A DNA stretch of 63,144 nt, filler included, from Intoshia linei (taxonomy: Eukaryota > Animalia > Orthonectida): assembly GCA_001642005.1 (NCBI GenBank). It is 8 parts of 8 records of this genome, joined end to end, with 100 filler letters (N's around TTAATTAATTAA, not from the genome) between each part and the next. Parts side by side here need not be neighbours in the genome. Positions count along the whole stretch, not along the records: positions 14,686 to 24,461 come from LWCA01001336.1; positions 24,562 to 41,896 come from LWCA01000805.1; 6 more parts are not named here. One strand, given 5' to 3'. Position 1 is the stretch's first letter; the number at the start of each line of letters is the position of its first letter. The position numbers were made by a program, and so were the translations under genes. Below the pieces are notes generated by a model that did not search any database, was not told the origin of the DNA, and was given only the letters and a program-made list of their open reading frames with translations. This document shows, one piece after another, positions 23,800 through 35,900 of this stretch.

Positions 23800-24461
23800 A
23801 CAATTATTAACTGAAATCGAGATAAAATATTTATTTCTTTAACAATTTTTCTCTAAATCCCCTTAGCATTACTATATCTTCCACGCTAAAATTATTCAGC
23901 TCTGCAAAGTCTATACATTTTGATAGTCCTTCAAAGGCTTCATTCACATTAATTATTTCAACAGTATTATCTTCCTCAAAAAGTTCTTCATCATCAACTG
24001 ATTCATTGTTGTTAACGATTCTGATAATATCTTCATCGGTATATACTTCATATTCAACAAGCTCCGCATAGCTATTTAATTATAACATTAAATATTATCT
24101 ATAATTACATATAGGTTCTTACATTTTAGAGATTAAAACCAATAATATATAATAATTAAATTTAACATACCTGTTTTCGAATGTAATGTCATCAAGGTCA
24201 ATTTCAAAATTTGGTAGTAATTCTCTAGGTCCCAATATAGGTTCCCACGATCTAATTATTGAGGATGGCTTAATATCGTTTCATGCGCTGTTCAATATAA
24301 AAATAGCTTCCTTGATATTAATTTTTTTGGTATTTATAGTATCAACAGGGATATCGGTGTACATATCGTAATATAGTTTTTTTGCATATTTAGATTTCAT
24401 AATATATAATATGTGTGAAGGTGCATTATCCACAACCAACAATGCTGTTGCTGGTACATTT
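23800..24461 (-). pseudogene. Second Tigger/pogo transposase remnant (DDE_1 end plus acidic tail), truncated by the gap
   Basis: ALLVVDNAPSH, INIKEAIFILNSA*NDIKPSSIIRSW, YTDEDIIRIV..DDEELFEED..EAFEGL. Confidence 0.8.
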
Positions 24462-24622
24462 NNNNNNNNNNNNNNNNNNNNNNNNNNNNNNNNNNNNNNN
24501 NNNNNTTAATTAATTAANNNNNNNNNNNNNNNNNNNNNNNNNNNNNNNNNNNNNNNNNNNNTTTTTAATTTTGTTAAAAAAACGACATTACTTATGAAAC
24601 GACCTAATATATTAATTATTTA

Positions 24623-24877
24623 GAGATCAAAATTTAGTACGGTTTTTTATGGTAAGTTTTTTTACCCAATTTTTAAAGATTTTGAAGATAATTTTTCACC
24701 AAAATTTTGTAGGGTTTTAAGGGAGTATTTTTAACATTTCAAGGTATCTTTAAAATTTTGGTTAAAAAAAATGTTCCCTTAAAAACCTTTCAAAATTTTA
24801 GTCCAAAAATTTTTATAAAAATCTTTAAAAATTGTGTAAAAAAACTTACCATAAAAAACCGTACCAAATCTTGATCC
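24623..24877. repeat. Imperfect ~250-bp foldback palindrome
   Basis: gatcaaaatttagtacggttttttatggtaagttttttta..ttttaaggg (24623-24723) is the reverse complement of cccttaaaaa..aaaaacttaccataaaaaaccgtaccaaatcttgatc (24776-24877). Confidence 0.8.
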
Positions 24878-25040
24878 CAAAATTATTTTCAAATTCTTTA
24901 AAAATTGGGTGAAAAAATTTTTCCTAAAGAAACCCACAAAAATTTCTTGAAAAAAACAATAATATGATAAATTAGTAAAATCGATGGTTATATTGCTCAA
25001 TGATGTATTGCTCAAATGAATGTAGCTCTAGAGTCTAGAC

Positions 25041-26158
25041 CAGTGATTCCCAACCTGTGGGTATTTACCCACGAGTGGGTAATTTGATATTTTTCATGAG
25101 TAATCGCGAAATTTGTTCTAAAATATAGGAATTTTTCATTTTTTTTTGGTCGTATGCAAAAGTAACGTATTATATAATCTTTCCTAAATGGAATAATGTA
25201 AATAATAATAAAATGTAGTCATGTAATAAATAAATATCCTTTATTTCTATAAAATTGGATTGTATGTGTGTGTTACAGTTTATTTAAAAAATTAACAGTC
25301 TTAGAATTTAAAAAATCAATTTCTAATACATTTTTCGCAGGTTATGTTTGTATTTAGTTTATATAAAAGTTTTATTTCCGAAAATTGAGTCCTTCATCGT
25401 TAGAAACCCAATCCCCTTTTTTTTTTAAAATATAATCAACCGAAAATTTAAAAAAACATAAATTCTGGGATAGTTATTAAAATCATAACATTGTCATGAC
25501 TGACAAGCTCAAAAAAGTGCATTTTCACGATAGAAACTACAGATTAACCTTTTTTTAAAAAATGAAAATAGCCCTATAATTTTTTAAAAAATTGTTGATA
25601 GTTATATCTATATCCAATTAACGTACACCAAAAAATTTTAATCTGACAAACTGACGCCTTGTCCAACAAAAAAGCAATTTAGTATTAATTTTTATATTTG
25701 AAAACTTTTTTTATTATTATCAAAAACGTAACATTTTGATTATACGTGAAAAAGATTATAAATAGTTTTGGTCTTATCTTAATCTTACATGTCGCAATAG
25801 TCTCAGAAAGTTAAAAACAAAAAAATTCCAAGTCTTTAATTTTTTTCTATTACAGCGAATATGATAGATTTAACTGTTAGAAATTTACATCTTTACGGGC
25901 ATAAACAAAATTTACTCTCGTCTTGAAAAATAAAAATTTTAATATTCTTCTTACCATTTCAAAACAAATCAGGAATTATTTTACTACATTGTATTTTGTG
26001 AAATAATTTTTTAAAAATTTTTATTCAATTATTAAAAAATATATGTCTTTTATCCTAAAAACCTGCTCATCCAATATACAGTTAAAAAAATATAGTTGGT
26101 ATTATCAATATAAGTACTATAATATGGGTAATGTAGTAAAAAAAGTTGGGAAACACTG
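25041..26158. mobile_element. Charlie-type hAT non-autonomous element with a nested Helitron-like repeat; a second hAT end starts at 26174
   Basis: TIR cagtgattcccaac / gttgggaaacactg; flanks gtctagac / ctctatac (NTCTAGAN-like). Immediately followed by ctctagat|cagtggttctcaaagtgg. Confidence 0.8.
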
Positions 26159-26979
26159 CTCTATACTCTAGATCAGTGGTTCTCAAAGTGGTCCACAGGA
26201 AATTATAGGTGGTACACAAGAAAAAATGTAAATAAAATGACTATAACCTTTTTTTACAATAATAATAATAAATTAAAATTGTATCGATCATTTATTATTA
26301 TTAGTGAACATAAACATCAGTTAATTAAAATGAAGTGAAAATTTACTGAATAACGTGAATAATTTTCACGTGTGTTAAATTTAATCTATGTAACGATTTA
26401 ACTTAGTTCGATTGTAGTTTCCGGAATTGAACCTAGCAAGCCCGTCGCCACTTCAAAAATGAAAAATAGCTCATTAGAAAATTTTGTAACGAATTATAAT
26501 GTCATATAACCCTATCCACCTTTCTAAGACTCTTGAGTCGACATTTTAAATGTATTAAAGGATCTCGCATACGGCACTGGTAGTTCGCCATAAGTATGTT
26601 TGAAATTAAGAATTTTTTTAATTACGCTATTGAAGCTACCTTGTCGAAATTAACGTCAAATTTTCGATTTAAGGAAGAATATATAATACTAAAAAATCAA
26701 AAATATTACCTTACTGACACTATTTTAGTACAGTGAGGCACTATTTTACAAAAATTTCGTTGATTTCTAAGTGGTCAAGTGTGGTAAGTTCGACTCGGCG
26801 TAACAATGGTAGAGTAAAATTGTATTATATAGAAATTTTACTTATCATAAATAAATATAAAATCCAGGTAAAATCAAATTCAACTGAAATAAACAGGATT
26901 ATTTCTTATTAAAACAGATTTATAACGTTTGAAAACTTTAATTACAAAAATTACAATAAATTTACATTGAAAAATAAAA

Positions 26980-29900
26980 CTATTTTTTACGTCTGGAGAA
27001 AAAAATAAATCTTTTCTTTTTCTTTTTGGGTTCATTTGGATTAATTTGTCTGGAACTTTGATTATCATCTTCCAAAGGATCAACATCAACAGCCATTTCC
27101 TTTTGATTGTTCTCGGAACTGGTTGCAACATTACCTTCAACTGTATCCTCAACCCAATCTAGAGTGGTATTTTCTACAAGAATTGAATTTTTTTCAGATA
27201 TAGGATGTGAATCTAACATGTCTTGATCATTAGCGCTTTCCAAAGATATTTTACACATGTATTCAGTTTTTTCTGGAACTTCTTCCTCGATGATATCACT
27301 CTCTGAAGACAAAAACTCAAAATCATCACTTTCAGATTCCATGTTACGTTTATCTGTATTTTGTTTATAGGCTCGAATTAAAACACTTTTTTGACCATTT
27401 TCAAAATTCCATTTTGCAATTTTTTCTATGGATTTATCATTTTCACTTCTAAACCGAATTTCGTTGAACCATGCCATCATTGTCTTTGAATTGGAAAATG
27501 TTAATAAAAACTCTGAACCATCATCCAATGTCAAAGACAAAGTGTGTTTTTTATTTTTGGGGGTTTTAGCAACATAACACTGTGCATTTAACAGACTGTA
27601 AACGTCAATAGGTTCCTGTGATTTCCAATGACGAGACTTGAATATAAACAAATCATTATACATCCACAAAATTTCAGTTTTAACATTTTTCATGCTGTAT
27701 TTAAACAACACGACATAACATTGTCTCCAGAAACGGTTTTGCAATTTTTTACCTCTGAACGTTCTGTATTGTTTGAAATCAATATAATTTCCTAAATTCA
27801 AATATTTATTGATTCTTTTTTTCTTTTTAACAGTTTCTGAACGAGGTTCAATGGCATCCTTGCCATTTTTATCCAAAACCTGTTCAATTAAAGTTTTATT
27901 GCTTACACATTTAGCAATATAATCAAAGTGAGCATTTGCAGCTTCAATGGACAGCAATTCATTTTGCTCTTGAACAAGAAAATCTTTGCTATTTAAATCT
28001 GTTTTTTCTTCTGCCTCTATTTTCGATACCCAATTATCCAATTCCTTTCTCTTTGAAATATAATTCTAAAAATGAAAATAAAAAAGTATTCAAAATAATA
28101 AACCATATAATTTTTGTGTTCCTTAATTTTTTCATGACATTTTTCGCATTTTGTTTTGATATCTTCCAGTTTTACTTTAACCTTGTTTATTATACTTTCA
28201 ATCTATAAAATTAAAAATTAAAAATTAAAAAATTTTAAAAATTACATCATTTGGTAAAGGACATTTGGCTGAAACAGTGAACAATTTTTCGTCAATAAAA
28301 TTGACAAATTTGAAATTTTCGACGTGTGAAAAGTACAAAATTTTTAAATTTTTAAAATATATGCACGCCTCGTAATATTGATCTTCGTTATAATCGTCGA
28401 CATTAAAAACTTTATCAATATTAAGATGAATTTCGTCAATTCTGTTTAAATAAAACAAAAATTTTTCCCGAGCACTTTGAATATTCAAAAATTGCACAAT
28501 TTCATTTAATTTTTTTTGATAATCAATATAAATTTTAGAATACGTAGATTGCAATTCAAAAATTTGTTCAATTCTCGTATTCTGCTTCTTTTTCCCTAGA
28601 AATATGTTTGAATGAGATTTTCGTTTTTCGATAATTTTAAAATCCAACTTTTTAACTACAGTGTCAACTTTTTTTTTATACGCATTATCCAAAAACACTT
28701 TGGTGGCTTTTAATTGATAAATTCTGCCTCGAAGATAATTTCTTTCACTTTCCTTTAAATTTTCAATATTGTGTAATGTCACAATTTCGTTAATTTGCTT
28801 TTTCATTATATCGATATTTTCATTAAAATGGTAAATAACTGTGTCTTGTTTTTCAATTTCCTTCATGCAATTCATTATGGATAAATTCATTTTAACGGCT
28901 TCATTAAAACCACAAGTAATTTCTGAAATTTTACAAGAAACAGAAATAAATATGCCCTCGTCTTGATTGATTTTCAAAGTTTTTATTAAATTTTCAAACT
29001 GTTTTTCGACATTTTGAATAATTTTCAAAATTTGGGGTCTAGTTTTATCGTTATATTCTTCCATGTCCAAAATAATCTGGACAATTTCACTAGACGACAA
29101 TTTGTCCACTTTTACTTGGATGCATTTATCTTTGTAGTTTTCATAATTCTGTTTAATTTTATCGCACATGTAAAAAATGGCACTTTTGAAAATGTCAATT
29201 ATAATTTTTTTATTATTAATATCCACACTGATATTAAGACTACACAACATGTCATATGTTGATTCAATTTCTTTTTTAATAAGTTTAGTATATTCACTAT
29301 ATCCTGTTTGGTACTTTTCGTAAAATTTATCAATATCACTTTTATAATCCTGAATTTGCAGCTTAGAAATCTTGTAATAATTATGCCTATCAAGAATTTG
29401 GTCAAAATTGTCATCATTCATTTTTTTCAATTGATTTTTTGTGGATTCTACCCACAATATAATGTTTTTTAATTTAGCTACATCGTCTAAAACACCTTCG
29501 ACTTCATGCAATTTTTCTCTAAAATATACCATGTTATACAAAACGCTAAAATACAAATGTTTCACTTTGTACATGGGATAACTTTGATCATTGTCCTTAG
29601 GAATCAAACCAGATTCCGAAAAGTCAATCATAAAATCCGAAGACTCATTCAACGTATCATGTTCTGAAAATTCTGCATTTTCAGAATTAGAACTGCTTGA
29701 AACGATTTGCCCAGTTTGATTGCCGTTTTGTTCTGAACCGTTTTCAGTTACAACTTGATGTGGTTTACTATAATAATGCAAAATATTTCTCTTGTGCTCA
29801 ACAAAATCGTCCCTTGATTTTATATTATGATCGTCCAAAGAATTTCCAACGTCTATATTAAACTTTTTACAAATTATTTTCAAAATTTTTCTATAATATT

Positions 29901-32900
29901 CCAATTCCATTTCATCAGTGTCCAGCTTGACAAGCTTGGATTTTATTGTTTCATAATCCATTTCACAACTTTCAATTTGAGCATTTTTAGGGTACATTTC
30001 CGATAAATGTACAAATTTTTGTTGAATATGATTCAATGAATACAATTGCAATAAATTTTCAACAAATTCACCAGACTCAATATCATATTTAGTAGAAAAC
30101 ATTTGATATACAAACATGCGAAAAACTTCCATATGTGAATTGAACGCTTTTTCAATGTCCTTAAAAGTGGAAACTAAACATTGTTCCTGCATTTTGAGTA
30201 ATAATTCTGGACCGTAATTGATGATCAGTTTGAATTTTTTATAAACAACTCCCAAATTGAGTAAATCATTTTTAATGGTATTAATGAAATCTTGATTCAG
30301 GTCGTACCTCTTTGTCATTTGCTTTGGGTAAAAAATGTCCAAATGGTGGCAATAGTCTCTAACATACTCACCTGCATTGAAAACATGGATATACTCTTCG
30401 AAAACCCGAATATTCAAGCAAATATTTTGATAAGTTTCATTAAAATAATCAATATTATTATTAATATTTAATATAATAATTTTCAAATATTGGGTATACT
30501 TTTCCTCACTGAAACCATTCGATATAACGTAATCATGATAACATCCTAAAATGCAATCGTATTCGACTTTAATTAGTTTATATTCTGCTGTAGTTCTCAT
30601 CAATTCGTTGTTCAATTCATGGGTATTAAATTGTTTAGGTTGAAAATTTCTCAAATGCAATTCCAGGTATTTAGAGTATATGCAGGAATCCAAATAGTGA
30701 TTTGAAAAGGCAATAAATTTGTTTTCAAATTTATAAAACCTAGTATAAAACTTTTGGAACTTTACAAAAATTTCAATCTCTTTCAATTTATGTGAAATGT
30801 CCATCATTTCTTGGCGAGTATTGACAACAAGAGAATTTAATTTTGGGTCTAAAAAATTCATGTTTGAAAAAGCGAGATTTACGGAAAAGGAAATGTGTAA
30901 AATTTCCTTTAATTTAAAGTCATCAAATTCATGAGTATACACATTTTCTTTTAAACTGGATGAATCATTTTCTATCGGTTTTGCCTCATTTTCTTGTTCT
31001 TTGATGGTTTGATTAATATTCTCCATTAAAACCTCATTCAAAGCTTGACAATCTGCATTTACAGAATTTCTAACAATTTCTGGAGTCAGAATGAAACATT
31101 TCTCGATAAAACTGGTAATTTCCGAATTCATTGTTAAATTATTCAAATTTTCTATATTAATTTGACAATTTTTGAATATTTTATAAACTTTAACATAAAT
31201 ATCATTATAATTCCCACAAAAATTAACGTGCACTTTTAGTATGGCAATTTTTTCCTTGATATCTTCCTCTAATTGAATCATTTCACCTTTTATTTTTTTA
31301 TAACGCCCTATAGCCAAACAATTTGAAACTAAATCAAAATTACCATCTTGTTCGAATTCTAGATAGCTTGAAACAATATTATGAATTTTAAATTTATGAA
31401 TATTTGAATATTCATATTCAATTTCTTCATATTTACTATACACGTCAAAATGGTTCGTATTTTTCAAAAAAAATTCAGTCTTTTCAATAACATTTTTCAA
31501 CCAGCTGGATTCAACTTCAGAATCTGAAATTAAATTTAAAATCCCTTCCACAAGTCTATAATATCCATCTTTTTTGGAAACACCATTTTCCAAACTCGTC
31601 CATAAACTAATCATTTCGTTCACCTTTTCTTTCAACAATTCCTCGCCATCGGAAAAAGATTTTATAAAATTGTAAACCGATTTTTCCAATTTATCAATTC
31701 GGTCTTGTAAAGAAACTAAACTGGCCTGAGTATTAAATTGTTTGTGTTTGTTGAATTCGATATCAATCAATTTATCATTTTCTTTGTTTATATCAGAAAA
31801 TACAACATCAACTTGGTTAGTTAAAATTACGGAAAAAGCCTCAAGTTCATACAAAAATTTATCATACTTTTGTAAATTTATACAATTATTCTTGTATTTC
31901 TGAATACAATTTTTCATGTCATTATATTTATCAATTAATTGACTGAGAGCTTTTTTTGAAATTTCATTGTGAGGTGCATTTAATTTCGATATACTTTGTT
32001 TCAAACCTTTTATAGCTCCAATATCACAATGTGTTTTTATCACAGCCAATTTGGATAAAAACGTAATCAAATGACAAGTAGAGTACAACGATTCCTTTTT
32101 TAAAATTTCAGTTTGATCGTTGATATAAACCACAATAATATCGATATTTTCATCAATTCTTTTAAATTCCACCAAGAATTTTAAAACTTGATCAACATTT
32201 AAAATCAATACAATATTTTCATTTATTCTTTCGACAGTACCATTATAAAGTTGAGCCAAATTCAAATCTACGGAATCATAATTTACTAATCTTTTTATAT
32301 CAGGTAATTTTGGGTTATTTAACAATTCCAAGTAAACATCAATTAAAGGTTGATAAAGACACAATTCATCTTTAATTTGATTCATTTTTTCTAATTTTAG
32401 TTTCAAATCAGCCAAATATTCTTTTACAGAATCGATACCATCAAAAACACATTTTTCGTCTGTTAAAAGGTTTAAAAATGTGGCTTTTGAATCTGTATAA
32501 AGGTTCTTAAACTTTTCGATGTCGACATTATTGATAGAATTACTTATATTTTCAACAAAATTTTTAATGAAATTAGTTGTAACGATAAATTTATAATAAG
32601 TGGAGGATTTCAATAAATTTGCAGGGATACATTCCATTCCAACAATATCCACTTCATCAATATGTTTGCAATAAGTTTGTATGGTTTGTTCCAAATTGCG
32701 ACGCATATTTAATAAAACAAAAAAGGGTTTATCCACTAATTTAATATTTTCAAAATATTTTTCGTTCCTAGAAAAATTGAAATCAAAATTATCGTACGCG
32801 CACAATTCATTTGTTACATTGTCTTTATTATACTTTAAAATGTCTGACAAACTAGATTTTTGATTCGTCCATAGTATACTTTTAAATTTATCTGATAAAC

Positions 32901-35900
32901 TGGTCATATTTTGTAAAATCCTGGAACAACTCAATTTTACACCGTTAGTAATGGCGCCGATACATGGAATTTCCTCATCAACATATATATAATTTTCCAT
33001 TTTACTGTGAGAATAATTCCTCGTCATTTTCTGATGACTAAATTTCACAAAAATTTTCAATTCTTCATATTTAAATATTGGTTGACAAATGTAACATTCA
33101 AAGAAATCAACAAACATGGCAATATTTTCCATAAACTTGACTGGAAAAGTAAAAATGTACTGATGAATTTGTTCAAAATTTGGTTTTGAAAAATAGCCAA
33201 ATGTGGTTTCATCCAAATCATACAAACTGGAATAATCCGATTTTAAAGAATTTGAACAATTTAAATTGAGTGTGGTGGCACACTCAACTTTATCTAAATG
33301 GCTGCAAAAGTCCATCAAAGTCATGTAATTTTCCTTGTAAAATAAAATGTTTCTATGAACCAAATGTACGGCTTCTCTTGAAAGTAAATCTATAAAATTC
33401 ATCAAAGCACATAATTGAGTAAAAGTCCATTTACTGTCCACTGAAACAATTTTTTTGTTTATACAGGTAACAAATTTCGATGTAGTCAAACAAATGCTTA
33501 AACTTTTGAAATAAAACCGAAACTTTGCAATTTCGGTATTTTGTAAGGATATAACTAAAGAAATTTTATCAATCACCGATTTTAAAGTGTTTAAAAAGTT
33601 TTCATATTCCTGATTAAAAGATTGATGAAAAACACTAAAATATTTGTCTGTATTGAATTGCAACTTAAATTCTTGTTTATCCAATAAATTTACTATAAAA
33701 TTCAAAAATTTATAGAAATGATCGGCTACAACTCTTTTTTTTATTAGATAATTAAAACTTTTATCATTAATGTTTATAAATTGTTCAAATTTTTCATTTT
33801 CCAATACAAACAGATTGGAAAACATTTTAATTTTTTTTAATTTTTCTTCAACATTCAAACTATTATCAATTGCCAACTTCAACTCTAATAAAGTAGTTTT
33901 AATTTCTTCATTAACCTTGTCAATTTTACATTTCAATGTTTGTATTTTTGATAATCCCGTTAAACTTTTAAACCAAAGTATTGTGTCCTTAAAAGATTTT
34001 TCATTAAAAGTTTCGTTTCTATACACCATTTTAATAATTATGTTTATCCTTTTATAACATTTATCAATGATTAAAAATTGGTATTTGTGTTGTTGTATAT
34101 TAAAAAAATTTACAGATATTTCATCTGAAAATGATTTTATATCCTTTTCAATCATTTCTAAACGGTCATTACTATACACCAACAAGTTCCAACAATAAAC
34201 GTAATTTTTAAATCGATCATGTGATTTATCGCAAAAAAAATTTTCATAACATTGTCGTAAATTTTCATTAGTTTTAGATGCATCTTTTTCAACAAATTTA
34301 TCATAAAATTCCACGTCGTTACCAATACATTTCAGATTCTTATATATATCCATAATATCAACATTATCCTTTTCTTTAAATTCATGTTGCACGTTGTCCA
34401 AAAGGTGTTTTGTGCAATCAGCAAAATCTTGGCTAACTAAACTGTTTATTCTACTTTTGTTGCATTTCTTTAAATTATTCGATATTTCATCAAGTTTTAT
34501 ATGCAAATTTTTATTCATATCAAAGTATTTGTCCTTCTTATTCTTAATATTTTCGTTTTCTACGTCTAGCAATCCGTTATACCATTCATCAAAACTTTTA
34601 ATAGAAACATTTGAATCGATTAACAACCTGTTTACGTTATTTTGTAAATTTGAAACGTCAAAATTTTCTTCCGATACCAATCTTGTATGCAAATTTTTGC
34701 CTTCTTTCAAATGTTTTCGTGTCAAATCAATTTCATCGTCAATATATTTCAAAAAATTTACTCTTTTAATTTCATTTATAATAAATTGTCGCTTTTCTTC
34801 TAGGGGAATTTTAACTTGTTTAAAAGACTCGTATAACTCTTTATAATTTGATTGTATTTGGCTAACATTATCCTTATATTCACTAAAAAATTCCTTCATT
34901 ATATTGAGAGAAACCTCGACCTGTTTGACATGTCTATTAAATGTTGTAAAATCCTTTTTGGCAATAGAAATGGAAGAATATTGTTCAACATTCGTGTGTT
35001 GTTCTAAATCGTTGATAATTTGTTCAATAACATTATATCCAAAATTTAGAGTATATTGTAAGGATTGTTTTTTTAAGTATTTATCGTATATACTTTTCTT
35101 ACTTTGCATTTTTTCGTAAACATCATTCCAACAAACAATCAATTTGTTAAATTTTTCTGAAATGTCATCATTCTCGAATTTATTTAGCTGAATTTCAATA
35201 TTTTTCAAAAATGATTGACGACCATCCATATTACAACGAATTTTGTCTACTTCTCGATATCGAAACTGGACATTCATTTCATCAAATTCTTGGTTAGAAT
35301 TTTCGCCTTCAATAGTTTTTAGTAATTTATCATTGTGACGAGTCCATTGTAATAAATCTTGAATTTGATTGTTCAAATCCAATTTACTCTTGGCAAGTTC
35401 AATGCTATCCCTTTTCTTGTTTAAGCGTTTTTGTATCTCATCAAAATCACATTTTGTCTTTAAATAAATTTCACTAATTTTTAAATGTTCATATTTTGGT
35501 CCTTGGTTCAAAATTTCAAGTTTACTGTTCAGTTGGTTTAAATTGATATTTAAATAAGTCATTGTTTCTTCAAATTTCGATAATTTCTCGTTACAATCGT
35601 CAATATTCTCCATATCACAATTGACATCTAAAAATTTACTAAAATTGGTTAGAGCTGATTGTAATTTAGAAATTTCCTTGATAAATGCCAAATGTTTAAA
35701 TATTAGTTTAATTTTTTCCAACAATTCATTGCAAGCAGTTTCGAAATTTTTGATCCTTTTTTTTAAATTATCAACATTTTCGTCGACTCGTTTTTTTTGT
35801 TTAACGTAAATATCAAAAAACGGACTATTTTTTAAACACTGTTGACTTGAAAATGATCTACTATCCAAAGACAGTCCACTTTCAATGCTTTCTAAATTAT

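Noticed and set aside
26765-26815. tggt..gttcgactc motif resembling tRNA A/B boxes
   Set aside because: Spacing is too short and no cloverleaf or acceptor stem can be formed.
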